Under the pieces are notes generated by a model. The model did not search any database and was not told the DNA's origin. It worked only from the letters and a program-made list of their open reading frames with translations. The position numbers were made by a program, and so were the translations under genes. From contig NC_043002.1 of NCBI RefSeq assembly GCF_006345805.1, positions 6,758,001 through 6,822,000 on the forward strand: 64,000 nucleotides of DNA, written 5' to 3'. Numbering within the stretch: position 1 is the stretch's first letter; the number at the start of each line of letters is the position of its first letter. Shown piece by piece: positions 26,276 through 39,908 of the stretch. The stretch comes from Octopus sinensis. Lineage: Eukaryota.

Positions 26276-26517
26276 GAGACGAAATACCTATTTCTTTACT
26301 ACCCACAAGGGGTTAAACACAGAGGAGACAAACAAGGACAGAGAAATGGATTAAGTCGATTATATCGACCCCAGTGCGTAACTGGTACTTAATTTATCGA
26401 CCCCGAAAGGATGAAAGGCAAAGTCAACCTGGGCGGAATTTGAACTCAGAACGTAGCGGCAGACGAAATATGACTACGCATTTCACCAGGCGTGCTAACG
26501 TTTTTGCCAGCTCGCCG
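26276..26517 (-). mobile_element. SINE family A
   Basis: Family A motifs. Confidence 0.9.
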
Positions 26518-26780
26518 AGACGAATACCAATAAGAACTTCAACTATCATCATCTTCAGCTATAATCAGGAACCTAGTTGCAGGCACAAACACAGACAACT
26601 TTTATTCCCCGAGAGAAAAAATTTCGATTGTATCCTATTATTAACCACAATAGAGAGGTTTCAATGAGATGAGACATTCGCCCACTCAGCACCCAGAAGA
26701 GTGGTGAAAGAAATCTTGTTTAATCTGCCCCATAATTCAGGTTTCTCATATTGCTGGGAACGTTCAGTCTCTTGTATAGT

Positions 26781-27013
26781 ACCTATTTCTTTACTACCCA
26801 CAAGGGGCTAAACACAGAGAGGACAAACAAGGACAGACAAACGTATTAAGTCGATTATATCGACCCCTGTGCGTAATTGGTACTTATTTAATCGACTCCG
26901 AAAGAATGAAAGGCAAAGTCGACCTCGGCGGAATTTGAACTCAGAACGTAGCGGCAGACGAAATACTACCAAGCATTTCGCCCGGCGTGCTAACATTTCT
27001 GCCAGCTCGCTGC
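26781..27013 (-). mobile_element. SINE family A with a 17-bp TSD
   Basis: CTTGTATAGTACCTATT at 26771-26787 and 27014-27030. Confidence 0.92.
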
Positions 27014-27417
27014 CTTGTATAGTACCTATTCCGGGCCAAAAACATTTGTCACAGGCGTTTCGATGCACTTAGTGTTAAATTTAGATATTTTTACCCTCAT
27101 TGTGTTGCTCCGAGCATTACTTTCTTCAGCGTAGAGCAGAAATTGGGACTGTTCTCACTCCATCAACCCACTCACATTTTCCGAAATCGAGCCATTGGAT
27201 TTTTTGAGAGGATTTTGCTCTTCCAATGCCATGATATATGGAGTGACATTTATCCAACTAGCTCCTATCCATAAAATCTATATAGGAACTTCTAACGTCT
27301 ACAAAGGATTAGTGTAACTAAAATCGGATCTCCTTCAGGTCCAAGGACATAATAAACTCCATTTCACTCTCCCATTTCATTTGAGACGAAGAACACTATA
27401 ATCTGGAGCCTCTCCGA

Positions 27418-27635
27418 AGGCGGTGAGCTGGGAGAAACGTTAGCACACCGGGCGAGATGCCCAGCCGTATTTCGTCTGCCGTTACGTTCTGAGTTCAAAT
27501 TCCGCCGAGGTCGACTTTGCCTTTCATCCTTTCGGGGTCGATATATTAAGTACCAGTTACGCACTGGGGTTCATGCAATCGACTTAATCCGTTTGTCTGT
27601 CCTTGTTTGTCGTCTTTATGGGCAGTAAAGAAAAA
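27418..27635 (+). mobile_element. SINE family A with TSD
   Basis: TATAATCTGGA(G/A)CCTCTCC flanks both sides. Confidence 0.9.
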
Positions 27636-28688
27636 TATATAATCTGGAACCTCTCCATACTTCAATTGATTGTTATTGAAGGTTCTCTTTTTCCAAGAAA
27701 ACTCGTATCACATATCAGAAAAATCTAAGTGATTTTCAAATTTTTTCCTGGGTCTAGTCGACTGGCTCGGAAAATAATGTTGCGAAAATCGAACAATTAA
27801 TTTCTTTATGAACAAAATTTGATCACACGCGAGTTGCTTCTCTTTATACTAGTAGCGGTTCTAGAATTTAAAAGCACATCGCTGGTTTTTTATGCAATAT
27901 TCAGCAACACTTTCCATCATGTCTCCCGGTAACTCCAAACGGGACAGTGTAACAACAAGGATCCATCTTTCAAGCCGGATGCAATTAAAGCTCCAGTTTT
28001 TGAAAATATTGGCTCGATCACACACGTACTTTTGTTCCTATAAAATTCTGAGTAATGGTTAGCCAAATCTTCAAATTCCTTCCTACAAATATATATGTAA
28101 ACTACATGATGTATAGAAAGGTAATCTGGTTTGCTTCTATACATATACGAGTAGAAGCACATATACACACATATAAACACGCACATACACGCATGGGCAC
28201 ATAAATATCTATTTATCTTGTAAAGGTGATGTCGGACACTGTTTTCGGATAAGTACTTCATCGTGTTGTGTAAAAACTTACATTCTTAACTCATTTTATA
28301 GTCTAATCAAAATACCTGCACATAGAGTTATTATAGTTTTAAGCCACAGCCGTACATAGACTTTACACCGCAGACATACAAATTTCCCACTTGATGATTG
28401 AACTAAATGTGACAGGTGGTGAGTAGGGAAAACATTTCAGTGATGTACTACTTAGAGACCGCACACAAGCGCACACATACGCACATACACGCACGCACAC
28501 ACACACACAAATATATACACACACACACAGACACACACACCACACACACACACACATACACACATGCACACACAACACATACAAGTTATAGCTGTTAACA
28601 CACATATACAAATGCTTCATATCAAATTCGCAATTCGAGCTAATGATATTCTCTTGCTATATATGAATCACACACACACAGACACACA

Positions 28689-28738
<50 letters not shown>

Positions 28739-29224
28739 TACAAATACACACACATACATCTTAAAAGCGCTTATTAGTTAGGTGTATATGAGTACATACA
28801 TAGTATGACTGGAAGGAAATCTCCCCTCGAACCAGCGAGGAAAGGAAGTTCGTACATTAAGTTATTATTGAAAACTGTAATATAAGGAATGGATTAATTG
28901 TCAGTTATTGCCAAAAAATTCACACTGAAATATCTGCGTAAAATTAGAACAAATGTATTTGTAAGCGACGCCATATCTGATCCCGTTTCGTAAGTAACTC
29001 AGGGTAACGTAATTACGTGAAACTGAGAGAGAAAGAGAGAGAGAAAAAAAGAGAGAGAGAAGGACAGACAGACAGAGATTGAGGGAGAGGAGGGGGAGAG
29101 ATGGATAGATAGAAAGGAAAAGAAAGAAAAGATTCGACGAAGTACAGGAAGAAAGAGTACTTTTAGAGTAAGAGAGCAACGACAGGAACGAATAACGCGA
29201 ATCAATCTCGGCGAAACGTACGAT

Positions 29225-29300
29225 ACGTATGTATGTATGTATGTATGTATGTATGTATGTATGTATGTATGTATGTATGTATTTATGAATGTATGTATGA

Positions 29301-29340
<40 letters not shown>

Positions 29341-29412
29341 TGTATGTATGTATGTATGTATGAATGTTATGTATGTATGTATGTAATGTATGTATGTATG
29401 TATGTATGTATG

Positions 29413-29443
<31 letters not shown>

Positions 29444-29516
29444 TGGAATGTATTTTGTATGTATGAATGTATGTATGTAGTATGAATGTATGTATGTATG
29501 TATGAATGTATGTATG

Positions 29517-29548
<32 letters not shown>

Positions 29549-29830
29549 TGTATGTATGTATGTATGTATGTATGTATGAATGTATGTATGAATGTATGTA
29601 TGAATGTATGTATGTATGTATGTATGAATGTATGTATGTATGTATGTATGTATGTATGTATGTATGTATGTATGTATGTATGAATGTATGTATGTATCTA
29701 TGTATGAATGTATGTTTGTATGTATCTATGCATGTATGTGTGTATGTGTGTATGTGTGTATGTATGTATGTATGTATGTATGTATGTATGTGTGTATGTG
29801 TGTATGTATGTATGTGTGTATGTAAATGTA
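29225..29830. repeat. (TATG)n microsatellite, ~600 bp
   Basis: Direct reading. Confidence 0.97.
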
Positions 29831-30761
29831 TGCCGGTAAATTCAAACTGATTGTACCTAAACACCGCACCCTACACTTAATGCCTGTATTTGTTTCTCTT
29901 TCTTCCTGTCTCTATTTCTTTTTCCTTTTCGCATCTGATTTGAAATTTGGACTCATGCACCAGTGTATTCTTTTCGAAGTGGAACAGTCCCAGCATTCAT
30001 TGAGGCAATCATTAACCATCCACATTCTCTCAAAAACATGAACACACCCTCCTCTATCGGTGTCCTATTCAAAGTCACTCTTCTGTAGGTCGCTGTGTTT
30101 CTTTATTTAGTGAAAAGTGTTGTTGCACTCTATATTAGGAAAAATGGTCTTGTTTTGCGTGCAAATCTAAACTGCATGCTTGTGGATTCCAACCGTCTCT
30201 CAGCTCTGGTATTGGAAATTTCCTGTCAGATTGCCCGCATGTGAGGATAGGACCGCCTCTAACCCGCACTAGATCTATTCTGCTTTAAACCTCTAATTAA
30301 ATCTTGTTCTTTATATTATCCTTCTTTTTATCAAATTTATCTATTTGCTATCTCTTCCAACAACTGTTACTACGCAAATCATATAATTTTCTCCTATCTA
30401 TGCATGTACGTATAATAAAACAAAAAGACAAACGGTCAGGCAACAAGTGTCGAGTCAGATGCATAAAGAAGTATAATTCTAAGGAGGTCAATAAAAGTTC
30501 CGACTGTAAGACGTCTTCAGCGTTTGCCATGTAAACAGTAGTCTTCAGAAAGATGCAGAAGGTGAGACTGTAGTACTGATATGACGTAGTTTTCCACGTA
30601 AATAAAAGTTATCATAGGTAAAATCCATTCAAACCGAAACTAAAACAAAAAAAAACCCGTTTGTCCCTTAGAGCTGCTTCAAGAACAGGTGCGTAATTAG
30701 AGCAGTTCTCTGCATGTAGCATGCAACCACTACTTTTGGGCAGCTTGCTCGAGATGCAGAA

Positions 30762-30762
30762 A

Positions 30763-30800
<38 letters not shown>

Positions 30801-31055
30801 TGTGTGTTTGTGTGTGTGTGTGTTTGTGCTTGTGTGTGTGTGTGTGAATGTGTGTGTTTGTGTGTGTGTGTCTGTGCTTGTGTGTGTGTGTGAATGTGTG
30901 TGTGTGTCTGTGTGTGAGTGTGTGTGAATGTGTGTTTGAGTGTTTGTGTTTTTGTGTGTGTGTTTGTGTGTGAATGAGTGAGTGTGTGTATGTGTGTGTG
31001 TGAATGTGTGTGTGTGTGTGTGTTGTGTGTGTGTGTGGTGTGTGTGTGTGTGTGT
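30762..31055. repeat. Degenerate (TG)n microsatellite
   Basis: Direct reading. Confidence 0.95.
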
Positions 31056-31649
31056 AAATAAGAAATTACGACCGACTTGCTGGCATGAAGTCGCCCGCCA
31101 AAACTTCTCTACCCCCTTCCAACAGATGTTCTGTCGTCTCCTTACTCTTTTCACAAAACCTGCAGTGGCCTCTGGTCATCGGTGCCGGATGGTCTCGTGC
31201 CACATCCGTTCAGCTTCTCCCTATATACACACCCTTCTTTCTCTCGTCACCAGTATCTTTTCTCCACAGTCGATGCACTTGCCACTACAAACATCCCTTT
31301 TATCCCAGGAACGTCTCTTCATTGGAATTTAATTCTTGAGCGCGTCAGTTCCATCATTCTCATCAACCCTTTGATACAGACCCCACCTTACTACTACACT
31401 AAAGTTCACACGTAAACACATACACACATAGACACACACACATGCACACACACAGACACACACATATATATTCATTTATATGCATACAGTCACACATATA
31501 TATAAACATGTGTACATATATATGTATATATATATTACATGTGTACATGTATGTATGTAGACATATGCATATATATATGTATGTATGTACATACGTGCAT
31601 ATATATGTATGTTTGGACGTTCGTATATGTAAATATAACGTGTGTTCCG

Positions 31650-31684
<35 letters not shown>

Positions 31685-31712
31685 TATATGTATTTATGTC
31701 CTAATGTGGTAT

Positions 31713-31769
31713 ATTCAACTGACGAAAGCAGAGCTTATTGAAGCAAGCTAGAAATCCAGGATCTTGAAT
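31713..31769 (+). ncRNA. Type I hammerhead ribozyme in a ~300-bp insert between (TA)n tracts
   Basis: ATTCAA CTGACGA a AGC..(AGCTT..AAGCT)..GCT a GAAA TCC A GGA TC TTGAAT. Stem I is 6 bp, the CUGANGA/GAAA core is intact, and the AUC site falls after 31763. Confidence 0.75.
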
Positions 31770-31990
31770 TATCCAGTAATATCTTTTTGCTAGTTTATTT
31801 TCTCTCTCTGTCTTATCTCGTCGTGCGATATGAACATTTAAGGTGGTTTTAGAGTCAGGGTTTTGGAGCTATTCGGCACGGTGGTGTCTCTCAGATACCC
31901 TTATTTATAGTTGTGAAAAATTGTACCTTTGTATGGTATTTATTCCCATGCTGGCCACTTGATAATATCGATATTATCTTATTTATAAAT

Positions 31991-32082
<92 letters not shown>

Positions 32083-32122
32083 TATGATGTATATAACATA
32101 TATCATATATATATACATATAT

Positions 32123-32429
32123 GTGGAGGCGCAATGGACCAGTGGTTAGGGCAGCGGACTCGCGGTCGTAGGATCGCGGTTTCGATTCCCAGACCGAGCG
32201 TTGTGAGTGTTTATTGAGCGAAAACACCTACAAGCTCCACGTGGCTCCAGCATGGGGTGGTGGCGATCCCTGCTGTACTCTTTCGCCCCAAACTTTCTCT
32301 AACTCTTTCTTCTGTTGACCTGCTCGTTTAGCCAGCGGGGTGGTGTCATTTGAAGGCTAAAACAATGCGAAGCGCATTGTGACCAGCGATGTGTAGCATA
32401 ATCTGATAGCCTGGTCGGTGACGGTGATA
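32123..32429 (+). mobile_element. SINE family C, tail variant 1
   Basis: tRNA-like head GGAGGCGCAATGGACCAGTGGTTAGGGCAGCGG...GGTTTCGATTCCC. Confidence 0.9.
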
Positions 32430-33348
32430 ATATACATATATACGTGGCTACATGCATATACACTCATCAGGAATGCGCTGCATCTAATCACGTACACTCA
32501 TTTATTGAAACATTCAAAAGCAAAATGTGTGTGTGTGTGCATGAAGGGGCGGGGAAGGGTGTATAAAAGTGTTTGGCAGCCTCTGATCATTCTGTGCGTA
32601 CGTATTTGTGTCTGGAAGGAAATCTGTAGTAATGAACGGAAATATGAATACTGAGCTGTTATTATTGAAATGTTAATGTAAGCAACAGATTAATTGTCAG
32701 CCATTACTGAAATACATACGGAAATATCTAGAAATATGAGATGATATGTATATTGGCGCAAAACCCGAGACTTTCGCATATTTGATCATATAATCAAGAA
32801 ATAGGAACGAAATCTCCCTCAAATCAAACCCTATAAACATGAGCCATCGTTCTAATTCTACTTTCGATACATATTATGGCATATTCTTCGCAGAGGTATT
32901 TCAGGAAAAAAAAAACTAAAAACAAAAAAAATCAAAACAAAAATGGAGGCAATGACCATGAATGAAAACTCATGTGGTCATATTTATGTTCAGAGCAGGT
33001 TAACGTTCGTTTGATAGATTAAGTGCGGTATTTTTTGCCAACGTCGTGAATAACATCGCCATCATTGTTGCTAACGCAGCCGTAGTCGTCGTTGTCGTCG
33101 TCGTCATAGTCATCGTCATCATCACCATCATCATAATCATCTTGGCAATGCTTAGTTGTTTGTTTTTCAAGCTATAAATGGGTTTGGCTTCCGTTTTTTG
33201 CTGAGGTTTTTTTTTCTTTTTACAGTTGTCCTAAGAGAAAGAATGTTGTTTAATGAGTTTGATAAAGAATATAATGAGAAATTAGGAAATTCAGTCTGGC
33301 ATTCATAGACTCGCACACATATATACACACGTTTAAGTTAAATACACG

Positions 33349-33416
<68 letters not shown>

Positions 33417-33621
33417 CTGTATGTATGTATGTATATGTGTGTGTGAATGTATATATATATACATGTGTGTGTGTGTGTGTTGCATGCGTGCGTGTATGTC
33501 TATATGCATGTGTGTGCGTGAGATTCATATATGGGAGGTCGTATTGGTTCAGCGTGCATATGTATATATTTATATATCTACATATATGTATGTATGTATT
33601 TATATCTATCTATCCATCTAC

Positions 33622-33685
<64 letters not shown>

Positions 33686-34189
33686 ATGTATGTGTATAGA
33701 TATGCGTATACACATGTATTACTGGCCGGGCATCTCGTACGTGCGCATATTTGTGTATTTGTGTTTCTAAGTATACAGCACCGTCTCATTACAATTAAAC
33801 CTATATTCTTCGCATGAGTCTAAATTTATAACTTATCATCGCAAACACTGTGTTATTGTGGCCAAGTGCATTTTAATGAGTCTGTGTATCTTGTTATCAT
33901 AAGTTTGTCAGAGGACGAGGTGCGAGAGTACACATGGCCTTTCCAGATCCTCCCAAACTGCTAAGGTTAATACGGTTGAAATATTGAGCAGGGAAATCTG
34001 CAGGTCAATGTCTTAATGAGAAATAAGGGCAAGGAGAAAACCGGAGAAGTGTGATACGTTACGAATGCTTACAGAATGTCTTAAACACCGTCAAATGCGA
34101 TCATAGACTGTGTGGAGCGTTAAATAGGAGTGACGTCCTAAACTCAATCACTCTAAATTTTAAACACACACACACACAGTTATATATAT

Positions 34190-34605
34190 ATATTCTTTAC
34201 TGCCACAAGGGGCTAAATATAGAGGGGACAAACAAGGACAGACAAAGGGATTAAGTCGATTACATTGATATCAGTGCGAAACTGGTACTTTATTTATCGA
34301 CCCCGAAAGGATGAAAGGCAAAGTCGACCTGGGCAGAATTTGAACTCAGAACCTAACTACAGACAAACTACCTATTTCTTTACTACTCACAAGGGGCTAA
34401 ACACAGAGAGGACAAACAAGGACAGACAAACGGATTAAGTTGTTTATATCGACCTCAGTGCGTAACTGGTACTTATTTAATCGACTCCGAAAGGATGAAA
34501 GGCAAAGTCGACCTCGGTGGAATTTGAACTCAGAACGTAACGGCAGACGAAATACCGCAAAGCATTTTGCCCGGCGCGCTAACGTTTCTGCCAGCTCGCC
34601 GCCAT
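34190..34605 (-). mobile_element. SINE A head-to-tail dimer
   Basis: Full copy 34370-34605 joined to a headless copy 34190-34370. Confidence 0.9.
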
Positions 34606-34826
34606 TGTTATATATACTTATCACACAGATAATGAATTATATACATTTAATGAGGGCTAACAATTGCTTTCGGGGTCGATAAATAAAGTACCAGTTTCGG
34701 ACTGGGGCCGATGTAATCGACTTAATCCCTTTGTCTGTCTTTGTTTGTCCCCTCTGTGTTTGCGATAAGTTATAAATTTAGACTCGTGCGAAGAATATAG
34801 GTTTAATTTAATGAGGACGGTTTATT

Positions 34827-35045
34827 TATTGAGGACTAACAATTGCTCCGGATAAAGTTTGACGGGGTCTAATTTCCATAGAACAATTTCAGGGAAGTGA
34901 ATCAATTCACTTTGGCCCTGAAGAGGATAACACGTTTGTTTTTCTATTTTCACTCGATAGACCAAGGATTGATCGATTAATGACATCGGTCTATCGAACT
35001 AAATTCCTCCATATACTTGTCCAAAACAATCATTAGTCCTCAATA
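34827..35045. mobile_element. Small MITE with ~30-bp TIRs and TA ends (Tc1/mariner-like)
   Basis: TATTGAGGACTAACAATTGCTCCGGATAA versus (reverse complement) TATTGAGGACTAATGATTGTTTTGGACAA; internal hairpin TCGATAGACC/GGTCTATCGA. Confidence 0.6.
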
Positions 35046-35493
35046 GACGTATACAACCCCATACTTGTTTGTATTTTCCAGTGACATTACAAAATTGCAG
35101 GTTTTGAATTCGGATTACTGAATACCCAGAATACCCAACATCAATCTCAAGACCAATTTGTTAGCCTGGTGTATTTTTATTTTCAGAGAGTTCATGAGTT
35201 ATTTTGTCTAGATTACTAATATTTCGGTCAGGAAGTCTGACTAGCTGTATTTCATAAGGCTTTTAGTGGTTTCTCTCATGAGATCTTTTCTCTCCAAAAT
35301 GATCGAATGTCACACTACTTATTGAAAATCTTACCACAAATAAATAAGTATATATGTGCGTGTGTGTATACACACACACACACCACACACACACACACAC
35401 ACACATATACTTATTTATTTATATATATTCACATACACACATATATACAAACATACACATCCATACATTCGTGTGTGTGTGTGTGTGTGTGTA

Positions 35494-35530
<37 letters not shown>

Positions 35531-36044
35531 ATACATACGTGTCGGTTTTGGTGATCCACGTATTCGATCACTTAAATTCCTACTTTTGAAATTAGAATAT
35601 AAGTGACTGACTATTCCTCAAGCACCTGCACTCTTAACGTAATAACCAGACGGAATATAAGAATTATATAAAGTTTTGACTTCTGAATTGTACGTAAAAT
35701 CAACATTAAAAAAGTACGAAGAAAGACGAAGAATCTACTTTAATACCGAAAAGATAAAAATGAATTTTGACCTCTGCGGGATTTGAACACAGAAATCCAG
35801 AATGGATATTCCCATGCAGGCCTTCTAGCTAAAGATGGCCCAACATTTCAGCTAATACACCGACTTCAAATAATGTATCAAAAAGGGACAGAATTCAGAA
35901 TGGTGACGTGCCTAGAAACATTAGATGGATCAAAGGAGCCTCTATGTGAATCTGCGACAGAGTATATGCATGTTCACACAATCAGTTAGAAATAACAGCC
36001 AAATCACTTTCTTATCCCATTTTGCTATTCTGGATTAAAATTTT

Positions 36045-36245
36045 TTGCAGAAGGCCAGCAAGTTTGGGGGAAGAGATAAGTCGATTACATCGACCCCAGT
36101 GTTCAACTGGTACTTATTTTATCGACCCCGGAAAGATGAAAAGTAAAGTTGACCTCGGAGACATTTGAACTCAGAACGTAATGCTGGAAGAAATACCACA
36201 TTGTATTTTCTTCCGGCGCGGTAATGCATCTGCCAGTTTGCAGCC
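36045..36245 (-). mobile_element. Old SINE A-related copy
   Basis: Degenerate family A core. Confidence 0.75.
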
Positions 36246-37031
36246 GAACAGTTTGTTATATAAATTAAAGAAAGTCTTAGATACTGCTAAAAATACACGA
36301 CATTCACGAGTGATATTTTATTGAACATGAATCTGCCTGGGTAGAATTTACCTTCAGTTAAACAACACCCGCAACATCAACAACCACTTTAGGTACCTTT
36401 CACTGGGAAGGGTCAAAAACTCGAAACATCGATGTCTGGGCTTCCTGATAGATAGCAACACTGCACAAACCGGATGTTTTCACACCTTTTACCAAAAAAG
36501 AAATGCTTTCCTCACAGTAACTACAACATATTTGCCTTTTAGCAGTTGAAATATTTCACAAAGATATTTTAACTAACTCACATTTTGCCCAAACACTGCT
36601 TGGCGATAACATTTCGTTAATTTCGATAATTTTTTTTAGTCTGGAGATCACAAGTCACTAATAGAATTAACAGAATTTATCCTGACGAATTATAAAGAGT
36701 TAAACTTTACAATGAACAACACACATCAAATAAACCAACGGTTTCTGGAACATTTTCATTGGTTATATAGAATCTTCATTGATACCATATGAATATGTTC
36801 CATTATTTCAAAAATAAAATAAAACAGGTGTCAATAACATAGTATTGAATATTCCCTACCCCTATCATTTGATTTTTAAATAGAAGGGTTTTATAATCGA
36901 TTAAATAAACTTCTATGGAATGAAACCTATGAAGCTGTCAGATGAGCTGTCTTTGGCGGTCCTCAGTTCTGTCAAACGCCACATTTCCAACAAAATCCTT
37001 CCAATGTTAATACAGAGCTTATATATATATA

Positions 37032-37445
37032 TACTCTTTTATTTGTTTCAGTCATTTGACTGCGGCCATGCTGGAGCACCACCTTTAGTCGAGCAAAATC
37101 GACCACAGGACTTATTCTTTGGAAGCCTAGTACTTACTCTATCGGTAGCATTTGCCGAGCCGCTAAATAACGGGGACATAAACACACCACCATCGGTTGT
37201 CAAACGATGTTGTGGGGACAACCACAGACACACAAACATATACACACAAACATATACACATATATTTATATACATATATATGACGGGCTTCTTTCAGTTT
37301 CCGTCTACCAAATCCACTCACAAGGCTTTGGTCGGGCCGAGGCTATAGTGGAAGACACTTGCCCAAGGTGCCACGCAGTGGATCTCAACCAAGAACCATG
37401 TGATTGGTAAACAAGCTACTTACCACGCAGCCACTCCTGCGCCTA
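37032..37445 (-). mobile_element. SINE family B, full length
   Basis: Family B motifs. Confidence 0.9.
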
Positions 37446-38139
37446 TATATATATAGAGAGAGAGAGACCTGTTTTGTTTTTCTTTTCTTTATATTCTAGA
37501 GAAACATAATCGTTGGCATGATTTTTAAATGTGGTACTTTCTTAGCAATAAACAGCTGATGGCTTCCATGGAAGCAGTATGTTTCGAAATTTCTAAACCG
37601 CGAATGTATCGAATTATATCAGTTCCCCGAATGAAACGAAACTAAAACTCCCAGTAGTATTATGCTGATAGTTGTGCAGAGGGAATTTAGAGTTCTTTCC
37701 TTTAAACGAACTATGCTAGTTAATAGCAGAAAACATAGACACTAATATATAAAATGACTGATGCAAAACTACGAATCTTGCCGTAAAAGTCGATTACAAA
37801 TTTGACACTAATCACCATGTGTTTTACACTGATTAATTTTAGTGTCATCCAATATAGGCAGAGGAATTGCAGGATAATTCTTCATAGTTCCTATGAGTTC
37901 AGAATTACGACATAATTCATAAATCTACAATTCGTAAATTGTTTCTTTTTGCGCGAGATGATATTTACTTGCGTGTGTGTATGTGTGTGTGTTTATGTAT
38001 TATGTATGAATATATATATGTATAAACGTGTGTGTTTACATACATTTACATAAATATATACATACGTCATAATTACACCATCGTTTCACAAACAATCCAA
38101 AAGATCAGATGATACAACCGGCATATGAGTAGAGCCGTC

Positions 38140-38548
38140 GGATCTTTTCGGTTAGAACGGCAGTTTTTCTAGCGGTGTCATATGAAATTTTCACCCATAA
38201 TTATGACCCTAGTATCGATCTATTGCATTTCAATCTATTTTAGGGTTAGGGGTAGGGGTTAGGGTATCTATTTTTCTTCAGAAATATAAATAAACCCTAT
38301 CTGTTTCTTAAACGAGGTACATTTTCATACGGCACAGAATGTTTTCACCTCAATAGACGGTCATTGATTGGTTGAAATTGCAGAAATTGAAGAAAAAAAC
38401 AACAAATATCTTACAAACTATAGAATTTTCTCAATAAAGCCAAGAGAAGAAGATGTTTTATAAACACATTCTACCAGTATACGAAGTTTAAAAGTGTTTA
38501 GTTACGTGGAAATTATTTTTAAAAACTGCCATTCAAACCGAAAAGATC
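38140..38548. mobile_element. MITE with ~28-bp TIRs and an 8-9-bp TSD (Mutator- or hAT-like)
   Basis: GGATCTTTTCGGTTAGAACGGCAGTTTT / AAAACTGCCATTCAAACCGAAAAGATC; AGAGCCGTC at 38131-38139 and 38549-38557; internal TTAGGG-like repeats. Confidence 0.88.
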
Positions 38549-38879
38549 AGAGCCGTCTCTTTTTTTGCGTAATATACTTTTAGTTTGAATAATTACGCCA
38601 GTGGCGAAATTTGCTATCAAGTAACAGATTTTGGCCGTGTCTTGTTCACTGTGATTGCAAGACATTTTTCTTTCTATCACGAATCACGTTTCAAAAACTA
38701 TATAAATAGCTTCCCGCACACCATAAACAATTCCACACAAATTTGTAATAATTTCTGCAACCTGAAGTAATAACTTTGTACTTTATTCGAAACAGTTATG
38801 ACTTTTAGAAATGTGACTTTTCTTTGGAACCCATTGAAACTGTCCCGATTATTATTTTCCAGGTTGCATTTTCGAAATA

Positions 38880-39270
38880 TATTTGTTTTGCAAGATTTTT
38901 GATGTGAAATCGTGTGTTGAAACAGATATTGTTGTATTTAGGAACGTTCATTTTGCCAGTTTAGCCAATAAACACAGTAACTAAACATAGACACACATAG
39001 AGGTATATGCATGCGCAAATGAAGACACGTACAATAGAACTACAAAATACAAAATGGCTGACCGTTAGTAAGGAGAGACAAACAAATAAGAAAGAAGAAA
39101 GCAAAGGACCACTGATGCAGTCACAAGAGTGTGACGAATGAACTCTGGCTGAAAGAAGATAAAAATTAATGTAAAAAATGAATTACGCTGAAGCAAAGTA
39201 ACACCAAATATATAGTGCGTGTGTTTTTATTGGCTAAACTGGCAAAATAACCATTCCTAAATACAACAAT
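38880..39270 (+). mobile_element. Second copy of the Penelope-like remnant, 12-bp TSD, hammerhead-like motif at 39106-39150
   Basis: ATTTTCGAAATA at 38868-38879 and 39271-39282; inverted arm and tail as at 18931. Confidence 0.72.
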
Positions 39271-39733
39271 ATTTTCGAAATACTAAACAATTTATTTGGA
39301 ATTAAGCAAATATTTTCGAGATTTTCAAAACAAAGCGTTAACGTATTGAATTCTTTGAGTATTAAAATGTTAACTAAAAATAAATATGCAGTGAGGAAAA
39401 ACTGACATATGATAGAAAGATCCAATTACATATTTTAGAAAGTTAATTTGGATTTTTCTCTCCTGAGTAAATAAACCAAAACATGAATGACTAACGGAAC
39501 TGATATTAAGAAATTTTATTTGGCAGTAAGGTGACCTCGTTCGAAGCCATGCCTTCTCGCCGGATTACTAGCCTCTTAATACAGCTAATGTCGTTTCATT
39601 TGCTATTACAGTTTCCTGAAATAAATTTATAGAATGTTGCTGAATTAGTGTCTCTGTTATTCCAATCGGAAAAGGCAGCTGACACTGAACTGGTGAGAGC
39701 ACATTTTACAAACTGCTTCTAACAAACATCAGT

Positions 39734-39829
39734 CACTGAACCTAAAACGAAGTCCAGCAAGTCCATTTATGTACATGTACCGATTCCATTTGCATTCACT
39801 TGTTTGGCTGCGTCTCATAATACAGTTTT

Positions 39830-39908
<79 letters not shown>

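Noticed and set aside
26374-27072. Recurrent 'MRNWYL..RPRKDERQSRPRRNLNSER' ORFs
   Set aside because: These are antisense translations of SINE A, and they recur wherever the SINE does.
27917-28084. Possible exon (TTGTAG acceptor on the minus strand, KEFEDLANHYSEFY...)
   Set aside because: No recognisable domain or partner exons; it would need BLASTX or RNA-seq support.
32123-32195. tRNA gene
   Set aside because: It is the tRNA-derived head of a SINE, continuing into the SINE body without a proper cloverleaf.
34914-35039. Hammerhead-like CTGAAGA GGATAA...TTGTCC AAAA CAAT
   Set aside because: GAAA is missing, stems I and III are poor, and the 3' part is better explained as the MITE terminal inverted repeat.
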